A DNA stretch of 52,523 bases from Jatrophihabitantaceae bacterium (GCA_036497365.1 DASXJN010000054.1:1-52523); one strand, 5' to 3'; numbered from the stretch's first letter, positions 26,085 through 36,055 are shown. The notes: generated from the sequence alone by a model not told the origin. Numbers and translations: made by a program.

Positions 26085-26228
26085 GGGTTGTTCCTCGCCA
26101 TCTCTCCTCGAGGCCGGATATCCGGTCCCCGGGCTGTTACGTGGACGTCCCCATGCTTCCCCAGGAACGGCGAGAAATCCCAGCCGGAGAGGCGGAAGAC
26201 ACAGAAGTACTGCAACTGGCCGGTAACT

Positions 26229-27959
26229 TCAGTCGCTGTCCTCGTGCCAGTGATTCGTGATCGGGAGGCGGCGATCACGGCCGAAGTTCTTGTAACTGAT
26301 CTTCGAGCCGGGCGGGTACTGCCGGCGTTTCCACTCGGCGCGGTCGACCAGCTGTGCGATCCGCATGACCTCGTCGGCGTCGAACCCGGCGGCGACGATC
26401 TCGCGGATGCTCTGGTCGCGGTCGACGTAGCGCTCGAGGATCGGATCGAGCACGTCGTAGTCCGGCAGCGAATCGCTGTCGAGCTGGCCGGGACGCAATT
26501 CCGCCGACGGTGGCTTGCTGATCGAGTTCTCGGGGATCGGTGGCGTCTGGCCGCGGCGGGTTGCCTCCTCGTTGCGCCAGCGTGCGAGTTTCCACACCAG
26601 CGTCTTCGGCACGTCCTTGATCGGGCCGAATCCGCCGACCGCGTCTCCGTAGATCGTGGAGTAGCCGACGGCAAGCTCGCTCTTGTTGCCGGGCGCGAGC
26701 ACGAGGTGACCCTCGGCGTTCGACAGCGCCATCAGCACCGTGCCCCGCACCCGGGCCTGCACGTTCTCCTCCGCGATGCCGGTGAGTGACAAGCCGCCGA
26801 CGAACTGGTCGACCATCGGCGCGATCGGCACGGTGCGGTAGTGCGCGCCGATCCGCTCGGCGAGGTCGGCGGCATCGGACTTCGAGTGCTCGGACGAGTA
26901 CGAACTCGGCAGCGACACGGCGTACACGCGATCGCCGCCGACGGCGTCGCCGGCAAGGGCCGCGACGACCGCGGAGTCGATGCCCCCCGACGTGGCGACG
27001 ATGACCGACCGGAACCCGTTCTTCTCGACGTAGTCGCACAGCCCGGTGACCAGGGCGCCCCAGACCTCGGCCTCGTCGGGAAGCGGTGCAGCGCACTCGG
27101 CGACGACCTCGTCCGGGTGGGCCGGCGGCGTCTGGTCGGTCGTCTCGTACCGCGCGACCGACATGCCCACATACTCAGGCGCGGGACGGTCGTCGCCGGC
27201 GGCCGCGACGTCCAGATCGATCAGATACAGGTCGTCCACGTACTGCGGGGCGCGCATCAACAGCCGGCCGTCGGACGCCACCACCATCGAGTCGCCGTCG
27301 AACACCAACTCGTCCTGGCCGCCGACCATGTTCACGTAGAGGATCGGCGCGCGGGCTTCGGCGGCGCGGCGCTGCAGCAACGGCAGTCGCACGTCGTCCT
27401 TGTTCCGTTCGTAGGGCGACCCGTTGATGTTGACGACCAGCCCGACGCCGACCCGTCCGGCGACCGTGAACGGGCCGCCGTCCTGCCAGAGGTCCTCGCA
27501 CACCGTCAAGGCGAGGTCGACGCCTCGGTGCCGGACGGCGACGAAGCGGTTCCCCGGCACGAAGTAGCGGCGCTCGTCGAACACGCCGTAGTTGGGCAGG
27601 TGGTGCTTGTAGTACCGGGCCACCACCTGGCCGCGGTGGATGAAGGCGAGCGCGTTGCGCGGTCCGGCGTCGTCATCCACGTAGCCCACGACGACCGCGA
27701 TCTCGCCGAGGCCTTCGGCCTCGAGATCGGCCGCGAGCTTGCCCACCGCGGCCTGCGAGCCGGCCCGGAAGCCCGCACGCAGCACGAGGTCCTCGGGCGG
27801 GTAGCCCGTCAGGTGCAATTCCGGGAACGCGACCAGGTCGGCACCGGCGGCCGCGGCAGTCCGGGTGCGCTCGAGGACGGTCCGCGCGTTGGCGCAAAGT
27901 GCACCCACCGTGGAGTCGACCTGGGCCAGGGCCAGCCGCAACCGGATCGTCGCGCTCAT
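26229..27959 (-). CDS. nadE: Glutamine-dependent NAD+ synthetase
   Basis: The ATG at 27959 gives 576 aa. The N-terminal nitrilase/CN-hydrolase domain has 'LVAFPELHLTGYPPEDL...VCEDLW'. The C-terminal synthetase has 'SGGIDSAVVAALA'. Upstream ORF codons were discarded. Confidence 0.9.
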   Translation of the reverse strand: MSATIRLRLALAQVDSTVGALCANARTVLERTRTAAAAGADLVAFPELHLTGYPPEDLVLRAGFRAGSQAAVGKLAADLEAEGLGEIAVVVGYVDDDAGPRNALAFIHRGQVVARYYKHHLPNYGVFDERRYFVPGNRFVAVRHRGVDLALTVCEDLWQDGGPFTVAGRVGVGLVVNINGSPYERNKDDVRLPLLQRRAAEARAPILYVNMVGGQDELVFDGDSMVVASDGRLLMRAPQYVDDLYLIDLDVAAAGDDRPAPEYVGMSVARYETTDQTPPAHPDEVVAECAAPLPDEAEVWGALVTGLCDYVEKNGFRSVIVATSGGIDSAVVAALAGDAVGGDRVYAVSLPSSYSSEHSKSDAADLAERIGAHYRTVPIAPMVDQFVGGLSLTGIAEENVQARVRGTVLMALSNAEGHLVLAPGNKSELAVGYSTIYGDAVGGFGPIKDVPKTLVWKLARWRNEEATRRGQTPPIPENSISKPPSAELRPGQLDSDSLPDYDVLDPILERYVDRDQSIREIVAAGFDADEVMRIAQLVDRAEWKRRQYPPGSKISYKNFGRDRRLPITNHWHEDSD

Positions 27960-28185
27960 AACCCCAGTGTCCTCGCCCGGGCGAGCGGGATGCAGCCGTG
28001 GGGTAGCTGAGCGAATTCGTCCGAATCGGGCAACGTCGGGCACAATGGAGCGGCACGTTCGGGCAGCTTCGCCGATCGACGTGCAACCACCAGCGCCTCA
28101 TGCGCGTCTAATCAGTTGTAAGGCTTTCGTGACCCGCGCCTGCATCGACAGCGCCGGTCTGTGAGGGACAATAATCCGGGCCGAC

Positions 28186-29580
28186 GTGGAGATGTCGACG
28201 ACGGCCACGGCAGAGGATGGGCGGTACCACTTGTTGTCGAGCGACTTCTCGCACCACGCACTGGCGCGTCGGCGCGCACCGTTGTTCGCAGGGGTTCTGC
28301 TGGCCTCGGCGGCACTTGTCCTGAGCGCGTGCACGTCGCAGAAGAGCGACAAGGGAGCAGCCGCCAGCGATCCCGCAGGCGCGCCGACGACGTCCTCGGG
28401 GGCGCCCCAGCCGAGCGGGAGCGCCAGCGGTAGCCCGACCTCCACCGCACCGGCCGCGCCGGTCAAGGTCACCGCCACGCCCACCAGCACGAAGAACGTG
28501 AACCCGACCACGCCCATCACGGTCACGGCGCACAACGGCTCGCTGAGCAAGGTCTCGCTGGTCAACGCCGAAGGCACCCAGGTGACCGGGGCGTTCTCAG
28601 CACACCACAGCCAATGGCAGGCCACCGAGGTGCTCGGCTACGGCAAGAGCTACAAGCTCAAGGCTCGGGCCGAGAACAGCAACGGCGAGAGCGTTGACCA
28701 CGTCAAGCGGCAGTTCACCACGCTCACGCCGAGCAACATGACCCTTCCGTACTTCAATGACCTCTACGGCGGCTCGCTGCAGAACCACGGCACCTACGGC
28801 GTGGCCATGGTGCCGGTCGTGCACTTCGACGAGGCCATCAGCGACAAGAAGGCCGCCGAGCGTGCGCTGCACGTGACCACCAGCCCGCACGTCGACGGAT
28901 CCTGGTACTGGGTCGACGACTCGACGCTGCACTGGCGCCCCGAGCACTTCTACAAGCCGGGCACGAAGGTCACCATCGATGCCTCGGTCTACGGCGTCGA
29001 GGTCGGGCCGGGCCTTTACGGCGAGTCCGACCGGCACGTCTCGTACCAGATCGGTCGCAAGCAGATCACGGTCGCCAACGACACCGCGCCCAAGAAGGTG
29101 AACAAGGTCCGGGTGTTCCGCAACGGGCATCTCGTCCGGACGATGAACACCTCGATGGGCGAGCACAGCGGCGAGACCGTCAACGGGCAGTACATCAACT
29201 TCTACACCCTCGACGGCACGTACACGGTGCTGGGCTTCGAGAACCCGGCGCACATGTGCTCCGACACGTACGGCCTGCCCGCGAACGGTCCCGGTGGCTA
29301 TCCGTGTGAGGACATCCCGTGGTCGACCAAGATCAGCATCGACGGCATCTATCTGCACGAGCTGGACGCCACCATCTGGGCGCAGAACAGTGGCCAGGAC
29401 GTCTCGCACGGCTGCCTCAACCTCGACTACGCGAATGCGCACTGGTTCTACACGCACTCGATCGTGGGCGACCCGGTGATCATTCACGGCGCCAAGGGCG
29501 CTCCGGAGATCCAGCTGTGGCAAGGCGGCGACTGGTCGATTCCGTGGCAGAAGTGGCAGGCCGGTAGCGCGCTCGCCTGA
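28186..29580 (+). CDS. L,D-transpeptidase lipoprotein (YkuD domain with Ig-like N-terminal domains)
   Basis: It has a signal/lipobox 'LASAALVLSAC' and the catalytic motif 'HELDATIWAQNSGQDVSHGCLNL' (HxxxSHGC). The start is the GTG at 28186 or the ATG at 28192. Confidence 0.87.
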   Translation: MEMSTTATAEDGRYHLLSSDFSHHALARRRAPLFAGVLLASAALVLSACTSQKSDKGAAASDPAGAPTTSSGAPQPSGSASGSPTSTAPAAPVKVTATPTSTKNVNPTTPITVTAHNGSLSKVSLVNAEGTQVTGAFSAHHSQWQATEVLGYGKSYKLKARAENSNGESVDHVKRQFTTLTPSNMTLPYFNDLYGGSLQNHGTYGVAMVPVVHFDEAISDKKAAERALHVTTSPHVDGSWYWVDDSTLHWRPEHFYKPGTKVTIDASVYGVEVGPGLYGESDRHVSYQIGRKQITVANDTAPKKVNKVRVFRNGHLVRTMNTSMGEHSGETVNGQYINFYTLDGTYTVLGFENPAHMCSDTYGLPANGPGGYPCEDIPWSTKISIDGIYLHELDATIWAQNSGQDVSHGCLNLDYANAHWFYTHSIVGDPVIIHGAKGAPEIQLWQGGDWSIPWQKWQAGSALA

Positions 29581-29667
29581 GCCGGTGCGGCGCGCCGTAG
29601 GCAACTGCGCAGCGGCGTAATCTGGCCGACACCGGCCGGAAACGGGCCGCCGTCAGACTGGAGCGTC

Positions 29668-31026
29668 GTGGACAAGCAGCAGGAGTTCGTACTGCGCGCG
29701 CTCGAGGAGCGCGAGATCCGCTTCGTCCGGCTCTGGTTCACCGACGTGCTCGGCACGCTGAAGTCGGTGGCGATCGCGCCGGCCGAGTTGGACGGCGCGT
29801 TCGACGAGGGCATCGGTTTCGACGGGTCGGCCATCGAGGGCTTCGCCCGCGCCAGCGAGAGCGACATGTTGGCGCGTCCGGATCCGTCCACGTTCCAGGT
29901 GCTGCCGGCCTCCACACCGGGCGGGTCCGACTCGGCGCGGATGTTCTGCGACATCCAGATGCCGGACGGCTCGCCGTCCTGGGCCGACCCTCGCTACGTG
30001 TTGCGCCGCGCGCTGTCCCGTGCCGCCGAGAGCGGGTTCACGTTCTACACCCATCCCGAGATCGAGTTCTTCCTGCTCAAGAACCGCCCGACCGACGGCT
30101 CAGAACCCGAACCGATCGACAACGGCGGCTACTTCGACATGACCAGCCATGATGTCGCGCACGACTTCCGCCGTGCAGCGGTCGGTGCCCTGGAAGGGCT
30201 GGGCATCTCTGTCGAGTTCAGCCATCACGAGGTCGCGCCGGGCCAGCAGGAGATCGACCTGCGCTACGCCGATGCGCTGTCGATGGCCGACAACATCATG
30301 ACGTTCCGCCACGTCATCAAGGAGGTCGCGATCGCGCACGGCGCGCATGCGACCTTCATGCCGAAGCCGTTCCGCCACCGGCCGGGCAGCGGCATGCACA
30401 CCCACCTGTCGCTGTTCGAAGGCGACAACAACGCCTTCCACGACCCGTCGGACGCGCTGTACCTGTCGAAGACGGCCAAGGCGTTCATCGCCGGCGTGCT
30501 CAAGCACGCCCGCGAGATCACCGCCGTCACCAACCAGTGGGTGAACTCCTACAAGCGGCTCTACGGTTACGCCGCCCGCGGCGAGCTCGTCGAGGCGCCG
30601 ACCTACGTGTGCTGGGGTCACGCCAATCGGTCCGCGCTGGTACGGGTGCCGATGTACAAGCCGGGCAAGGCGAACTCGACCCGGGTCGAACTGCGCTCGC
30701 CGGACTCCGCGTGCAACCCGTACCTGGCTTTTGCGGTGATTCTCGCGGCCGGCCTGAAGGGCGTCGAGCAGAACTACGAACTTCCGCCGGGCGCCGAGGA
30801 CGAAGTCTGGTCGCTGTCCGAGACCGAGTTGCGCGCCTTGGGCTACGCCGAGCTGCCGCACAACCTCGCTGACGCGCTTCGCGCGATGGAGGACAGCGAA
30901 CTCGTCGCGGAAACGCTCGGCGAGCACGTCTTCGATTTCTTCCTGCGGAACAAGCGCGAGGAGTGGATCGAGTACCGCGCCGAGGTGAGCCCGTTCGAGC
31001 TCAGGCGCTACTTGCCGTCGCTGTAA
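29668..31026 (+). CDS. glnA2: Glutamine-synthetase-family protein, GlnA2 type
   Basis: GTG start with GGAG upstream. 'EFVLRALEEREIRFVRLWFTDVLGTLKSVAIAPAELDGAFDEGIGFDGSAIEGFAR...VEFSHHEVAPGQQEIDLRYADAL...NQWVNSYKRL...RSPDSACNPYLAFAV' is nearly collinear with remembered M. tuberculosis GlnA2. Confidence 0.9.
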   Translation: MDKQQEFVLRALEEREIRFVRLWFTDVLGTLKSVAIAPAELDGAFDEGIGFDGSAIEGFARASESDMLARPDPSTFQVLPASTPGGSDSARMFCDIQMPDGSPSWADPRYVLRRALSRAAESGFTFYTHPEIEFFLLKNRPTDGSEPEPIDNGGYFDMTSHDVAHDFRRAAVGALEGLGISVEFSHHEVAPGQQEIDLRYADALSMADNIMTFRHVIKEVAIAHGAHATFMPKPFRHRPGSGMHTHLSLFEGDNNAFHDPSDALYLSKTAKAFIAGVLKHAREITAVTNQWVNSYKRLYGYAARGELVEAPTYVCWGHANRSALVRVPMYKPGKANSTRVELRSPDSACNPYLAFAVILAAGLKGVEQNYELPPGAEDEVWSLSETELRALGYAELPHNLADALRAMEDSELVAETLGEHVFDFFLRNKREEWIEYRAEVSPFELRRYLPSL

Positions 31027-31035
31027 CTTGGCACC

Positions 31036-31893
31036 GTGACGCCACTCGTTCTCGTTCTCCAGCTCGACCCGACCGATCCGCCGGCCCGCCTGGGCCAGTG
31101 GCTGCGTGACGCAGGGGTCGAGCTGGACGTACGCGCGCTCGACGCGGGCGAGCAGCTGCCGACCGATCTCTCGCCCTACCAGGGCGTTGTCGTGCTCGGC
31201 GGGTGGATGGGCGCGCTCGACGACGACGTCGCGCCGTTCCTGCCGGACGTGCGCGCGCTGCTGCGGCAGACGGTCGCGGACGAGGTGCCCACGCTCGGTG
31301 TCTGCCTGGGCCATCAGCTACTGGCGGTGGCGCACGGTGGACAGGTGCGTGTGCACCCGGACGGGCCGGAGGTCGGCGCGCTGCTCGTCGCCAAGCGGGC
31401 GGCGGGCGGAACCGATCCGCTCTTCGGCACGCTCCCGATCACCCCGGACGTCATCCAATGGCACAGCGACGAGGTGCACGTGCTGCCGCCCGGCGCTATC
31501 CAGCTCTACAGCTCGCCGCACACCGACTACCAGGCCTTCCGGCTGGGCCGGCTCGCCTGGGGCATCCAGTTCCACATCGAGAACTCCGCCGAGATGATCC
31601 GCGAGTGGGCCGCCCAGCGCGAGGAGAACCTGGCCCACTACGACATCGACGCGATCGCCGATCGCGCGATCGGGCTGCTCGACGACATCGAAGAGGTATG
31701 GCGTCCGTTCGCCGCGGTCTTCGCCGACATCGTGCGGAACCCGGACGCGGTCCGTCCCGCTCGCGGCGTGCCGACGACGACCGCTGCCCCGATCACCGAC
31801 CCGGCCGCGATCCGTGCTGCCCTCGCCGCGGAACTGACCTCGTCGCGGGCGTCGCTGCCGATGCCCGGCGTGCGCCCGCCCGACGAGACCTAG
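31036..31893 (+). CDS. Class I (type 1) glutamine amidotransferase-like protein
   Basis: It has the nucleophile elbow 'PTLGVCLGHQLLAVAHGG' and the His-x-Glu motif 'WGIQFHIE'. It starts 9 nt after glnA2 and ends 2 nt before glnE. Confidence 0.8.
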   Translation: MTPLVLVLQLDPTDPPARLGQWLRDAGVELDVRALDAGEQLPTDLSPYQGVVVLGGWMGALDDDVAPFLPDVRALLRQTVADEVPTLGVCLGHQLLAVAHGGQVRVHPDGPEVGALLVAKRAAGGTDPLFGTLPITPDVIQWHSDEVHVLPPGAIQLYSSPHTDYQAFRLGRLAWGIQFHIENSAEMIREWAAQREENLAHYDIDAIADRAIGLLDDIEEVWRPFAAVFADIVRNPDAVRPARGVPTTTAAPITDPAAIRAALAAELTSSRASLPMPGVRPPDET

Positions 31894-31895
31894 CA

Positions 31896-34800
31896 ATGAC
31901 CGACGCGGCAACGCAGCGTCGCAGCGCAGTGCGCCTCGCGCGCCTGTCGTTCGCCGACGGTGCCCGTGCCGCCGAGCTGCTCTCGTCGGCTCCGCTCCGG
32001 TGGTGGGACGACGCGCAGATCGCCCCGGTCGACGATGCCGCTGCGGCGGTGATCGCGGCGCTCGGGCGTACTGCGGATCCCGACGCGGCTCTCGAAGCGC
32101 TTGCCGAGATGGCTGCCGCTCCCGACGGCGACCAGCTGCGCAACGCGTTGTGCACGAGTTCGGAGTTGCGTGGCCGCCTGCTGCCGCTGCTCGGTGTGTC
32201 CGCCGCGCTGGCTGAGCACCTCGTCACGAATCCCGGGACCTGGCGGGCGCTCGTCGGCCCCGCTGACTTTCCCGGCATGGCGCAGCGGCTCGCCGAGTCG
32301 GTCGGTGCGGATGCGCGGTCGCCGATTGCGGGGACTGCAGGAACCCGCGCGGCAGTCACCGGACCCGAGGCGGTCGACGCGCTGCGCCAGGCGTACCGCC
32401 GCGAGCTGGTCGCGATCGCCGGTCGCGATCTGTCCGGCGAGGTGGACCTGCGTGCGGTCACCAGCGCGCTCGCCGATCTGGCCGGCTACACGCTGCAGGC
32501 GACGCTCGCGGTCGCGGCCGGACGGCTGCCGGCCGACGCCGAACCGTGCCGGTTGGCCGTCATCGCGATGGGCAAGACCGGTGGGCGGGAACTCAACTAC
32601 CTGTCCGACGTCGATGTCGTGTTCGTCGCCGAGCCCGGTGAGTACGAGCGAGACGATCAGGACGAGGTAGCTGCCGACACCACGGCACGGGCGCTGAGCA
32701 CGGCGACGGCGCTGGCCGCCGAGACGATGCGCCTGTGCCGGGTCGTCGCGTGGGAGGTCGACGCCGCGCTGCGCCCGGAGGGCAAGGACGGCCCGCTCGT
32801 GCGCACGCTGGCCAGCCACGAGGCCTACTACCAGCGGTGGGCGAGCACGTGGGAGTTCCAGGCCCTGCTGAAGGCCCGTCCCATAGCCGGCGACCGCACC
32901 CTCGGCGCCCGCTACGAGCAGGTGATCGCGCCGCTGGTCTGGACTGCCGCCGAGCGTCCCGACTTCGTCGCGGACGTGCAGGCGATGCGTCGTCGCGTCA
33001 TCGCGCACATCCCGACCGGGCTGGCTGATCGCGAGATCAAGCTCGGCCCGGGCGGGCTGCGCGATGTCGAGTTCGCCGTGCAGTTGCTGCAACTGGTCCA
33101 CGGCCGCGGCGACGAGGCGTTACGCGTCGGCGGTACCTTGCCGGCGCTGGACGCGCTGCGCGACGGCGGCTACGTCGGGCGCGACGACGCACTCAGCCTC
33201 GCCGACGCCTACACGTTCCTGCGTGCGATCGAGCACCGGCTACAGCTGCGCCGGCTGCGCCGCACGCACATCGTCCCGGACGACCCCGCGCAGCAAGCCT
33301 GGCTCGCCCTCGCCATGGGCTTTCGTCCTGACGCCCGCGGTGACGCCCGTGCGGTGTGGCAGTCCGAGTGGTCGCTGCACGCGCGCGAGGTGCGGCGGCT
33401 GCACGAGAAGCTGTTCTACCGGCCGCTGCTCGAAGCGGTTGCGCGCGTACCGTCGGTCGCGCTCCGGCTGAGCCCGGAGCAGGCCGGCCGGCGGCTGGCC
33501 GCGCTCGGCTTCGCCAACCCGGATCGGGCGTTGCAGCACATCGAGGCACTCACCGCCGGGTTGTCGCGTCGCGCGACACTGCAGCGCACGCTGCTACCGG
33601 TACTGCTCTCCGACTTCGCCGACGCGCCGGATCCCGACGGCGGACTGCTCGCGTACCGGCAGGTGTCCGATCAGCTCGGTACGACACCGTGGTACCTGCG
33701 GCTGTTGCGCGACGAGGGCAAGGTGGCCAACCGGCTGGCCGGACTGTTGGGCACCAGCCAGTACGTCGCGCGGATGCTCGGGCGCGCCCCCGAGGCGCTC
33801 CGGATGCTCGCCGACGATGCCGAACTCGTACCGCGCGATCGGGGTGAGGTACTCGCCACCATGCGCGAGACCGCCGCGCGTCGTGACGACCCGACCGCCG
33901 CGGTCGCCGCGGCGCGCGGCGTGCGGCGACACGAACTGCTGCGCACCGCCTTTGCCGACCTGCTCGGAATGGCCGATCTCGACATGGTGTGCACCGCGAT
34001 CAGCGCGAGTTCGGAAGCGACACTCGACGTCGCGCTCCAGGTCTCGATGCGTGCCGTTGCCGAGCAGCACGACCTCGACGCGCTCCCGCTGCGGTTCACG
34101 ATCATCGCGATGGGCCGGCTCGGGGGAGCGGAGGTGAGCTACGGGTCGGACGCGGATGTCATGTTCGTCTTCGAACCGACCGACGACTCGACCCAGGACG
34201 TGACCAAGCTCGCCCAGGAGGTCGCGCTGAGCCTGCGCGCACTCCTGTCCGCGCCGTCGTCGACCGATCCACCGCTCGGGGTCGACGCGGATCTTCGCCC
34301 TGAGGGCCGCAACGGCCCGCTGGTGCGTTCCCTCGGTGCCTACCGCCAGTACTACGAACGCTGGTCGGCACCGTGGGAGTCGCAGGCGTTGCTCCGCGCC
34401 CGGTTCGCGGTCGGTGACGCGGACCTCGGTGCGCGGTTCATCGAACTGGTCGATCCCGTCCGCTATCCCGCGGATGGTCTGCGGCCCTCCGATCTGCTCG
34501 AGATCCGCCGGCTCAAGGGTCGCGTCGACGCCGAGCGGTTGCCGCGCGGGGCGGATCCGTCCACGCACACCAAGCTCGGCCGCGGTGGTCTGGCCGATAT
34601 CGAATGGACCGTCCAACTGCTGCAGTTGCAGCACGCGCACCGGGTCGAACGGCTGCGGACGCCGCGGACGCTGGACGCGCTGCGCGCGGCGGTGGACGCC
34701 GGGTTGCTCGCCGCGACGCAGGCCGACGCGCTGGCCACCGCGTGGCGGCAGGCCACCCGGTTGCGCAACGCGATCATGCTGGTGCGCGACAAGGCCGACG

Positions 34801-34955
34801 ATCAGATCCCGGCGATGGGCACGCCGCTCACGGCAGTCGGCCGCGCGCTCGGCTATCCGGCCGGATTCGACCCCGGGAGCGTCGTGGACGACTGGCGCCG
34901 GGCCGCGCGCCGGGCGCGCAAGGTCGTCGAAGAGGTGTTCTACGCGCCGTTATGA
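31896..34955 (+). CDS. glnE: Bifunctional glutamine synthetase adenylyltransferase / adenylyl-removing enzyme
   Basis: The ATG at 31896 gives 1019 aa. It has two nucleotidyltransferase halves ('GKTGGRELNYLSDVDVVFV' and 'GRLGGAEVSYGSDADVMFV') plus GlnE repeats ('VDAALRPEGKDGPLV' and 'VDADLRPEGRNGPLV'). The 5' extension of the tracked ORF overlaps the GATase gene and was discarded. Confidence 0.92.
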   Translation: MTDAATQRRSAVRLARLSFADGARAAELLSSAPLRWWDDAQIAPVDDAAAAVIAALGRTADPDAALEALAEMAAAPDGDQLRNALCTSSELRGRLLPLLGVSAALAEHLVTNPGTWRALVGPADFPGMAQRLAESVGADARSPIAGTAGTRAAVTGPEAVDALRQAYRRELVAIAGRDLSGEVDLRAVTSALADLAGYTLQATLAVAAGRLPADAEPCRLAVIAMGKTGGRELNYLSDVDVVFVAEPGEYERDDQDEVAADTTARALSTATALAAETMRLCRVVAWEVDAALRPEGKDGPLVRTLASHEAYYQRWASTWEFQALLKARPIAGDRTLGARYEQVIAPLVWTAAERPDFVADVQAMRRRVIAHIPTGLADREIKLGPGGLRDVEFAVQLLQLVHGRGDEALRVGGTLPALDALRDGGYVGRDDALSLADAYTFLRAIEHRLQLRRLRRTHIVPDDPAQQAWLALAMGFRPDARGDARAVWQSEWSLHAREVRRLHEKLFYRPLLEAVARVPSVALRLSPEQAGRRLAALGFANPDRALQHIEALTAGLSRRATLQRTLLPVLLSDFADAPDPDGGLLAYRQVSDQLGTTPWYLRLLRDEGKVANRLAGLLGTSQYVARMLGRAPEALRMLADDAELVPRDRGEVLATMRETAARRDDPTAAVAAARGVRRHELLRTAFADLLGMADLDMVCTAISASSEATLDVALQVSMRAVAEQHDLDALPLRFTIIAMGRLGGAEVSYGSDADVMFVFEPTDDSTQDVTKLAQEVALSLRALLSAPSSTDPPLGVDADLRPEGRNGPLVRSLGAYRQYYERWSAPWESQALLRARFAVGDADLGARFIELVDPVRYPADGLRPSDLLEIRRLKGRVDAERLPRGADPSTHTKLGRGGLADIEWTVQLLQLQHAHRVERLRTPRTLDALRAAVDAGLLAATQADALATAWRQATRLRNAIMLVRDKADDQIPAMGTPLTAVGRALGYPAGFDPGSVVDDWRRAARRARKVVEEVFYAPL

Positions 34956-35861
34956 CCGCGACTTGGCGCGCGCTTGGGAGGCTCTCACGGTGTTGACCGG
35001 ACGAAGTCGCGACGGGCGCAGGTGCGGCAGCGGCGGGTCGGGCTTGCCGAAGTCCGGGGCGTCGTAGGGCGGTGTGTAGGCGCCGTGTCCGGACAGCGCC
35101 GCCTGCACGGCGAAGGCCGCGATCACGATGGCCACGCCGCCGAGCGCGTCGAGAATGTAGTGGTTGGCCGTGCCGACGATCACGAACAGCGTGAACATCG
35201 GGTACAGCAGGGCCAGCACGCGCACCCACATCGCCCGCGCGCACATGAAGATCGACAGCCCGCACCACAGCGCCCAGCCGATGTGCAGGCTCGGCATCGC
35301 GGCGTACTGGTTCGAGTGCGCGGCGATCTCAGGATCGGCGAGCGAACCCCACGTGTGGAACTGGATGACGGTGTCGATGTAGGAGTAGCCGGGCAGCAGG
35401 CGCGGCGGAGCGACCGGATACAACGCGAAGCCGGCCAGCGCCAGCAGCGTCAGCGTGAACAGCACGGTGCGCGCGCCGCGATAGATGTGCGGCCGCTTGA
35501 CGAACAGCCACAGCATCACGGCGATGGTGACGAGGAAGTGCAGCGTCGCGTAGTAGTAGTCGAGGACCTGGGCGAGCCACTCGTGTGACGCCACCCAGTG
35601 GTTGATCGAGAGTTCGAAGTTCAGCCCTACGATGTCCTGCAGGTGCTGGATCGACAGACCGTGTCGGGTCGCGATCGAGACCTGGGTCGGGATGGCGTTG
35701 CGGCCGAGGCTGTAGAGCCAGTAGCCCAGCGCGATGATGGCGATCTCTTGCCACCAGACCGGCCGCCGGAACCGAAGCAGCCGATGCGGCAGCAGCCCGC
35801 GGAAACGCCACTGAGTGGGGTTCGCGGGCGTCGTCGTATGACGTGCCCCCGTTGCCACCAT
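34950..35861 (-). CDS. PAP2-superfamily membrane protein (PAP2_3 / phosphoinositol-ceramide-synthase-like)
   Basis: It is polytopic. 'AAMPSLHIGWALW' and 'TANHYILDALGG' correspond to the PAP2 C2/C3 His-His-Asp motifs. Its stop overlaps the glnE stop by 6 nt in convergent orientation. Confidence 0.72.
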   Translation of the reverse strand: MVATGARHTTTPANPTQWRFRGLLPHRLLRFRRPVWWQEIAIIALGYWLYSLGRNAIPTQVSIATRHGLSIQHLQDIVGLNFELSINHWVASHEWLAQVLDYYYATLHFLVTIAVMLWLFVKRPHIYRGARTVLFTLTLLALAGFALYPVAPPRLLPGYSYIDTVIQFHTWGSLADPEIAAHSNQYAAMPSLHIGWALWCGLSIFMCARAMWVRVLALLYPMFTLFVIVGTANHYILDALGGVAIVIAAFAVQAALSGHGAYTPPYDAPDFGKPDPPLPHLRPSRLRPVNTVRASQARAKSRS

Positions 35862-36055
35862 CAGTCCATCATCTCACTTACCCGCCACTTAGTTGGTAGC
35901 CGGACTGTAGTTCGGCCGGCCGTCAGAATCGCATCGTTGCCAAGAGTTCGCCAAGGATTGCGGCCCAGATGACCGGTGTCCGAAATAATCCTGTAAGCGA
36001 TTCCGGTTAGCGTGGCGAGAGAGACTCACCCGCCCCGCCACCTGAAGGTTCCGTG

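Noticed and set aside
31203-31895. The 5' extension of the 1250-aa ORF that contains glnE.
   Set aside because: It overlaps the GATase gene out of frame and translates to an Arg/Ala/Gly-rich sequence. The conserved GlnE N-terminus begins at the ATG at 31896, 2 nt after the GATase stop.
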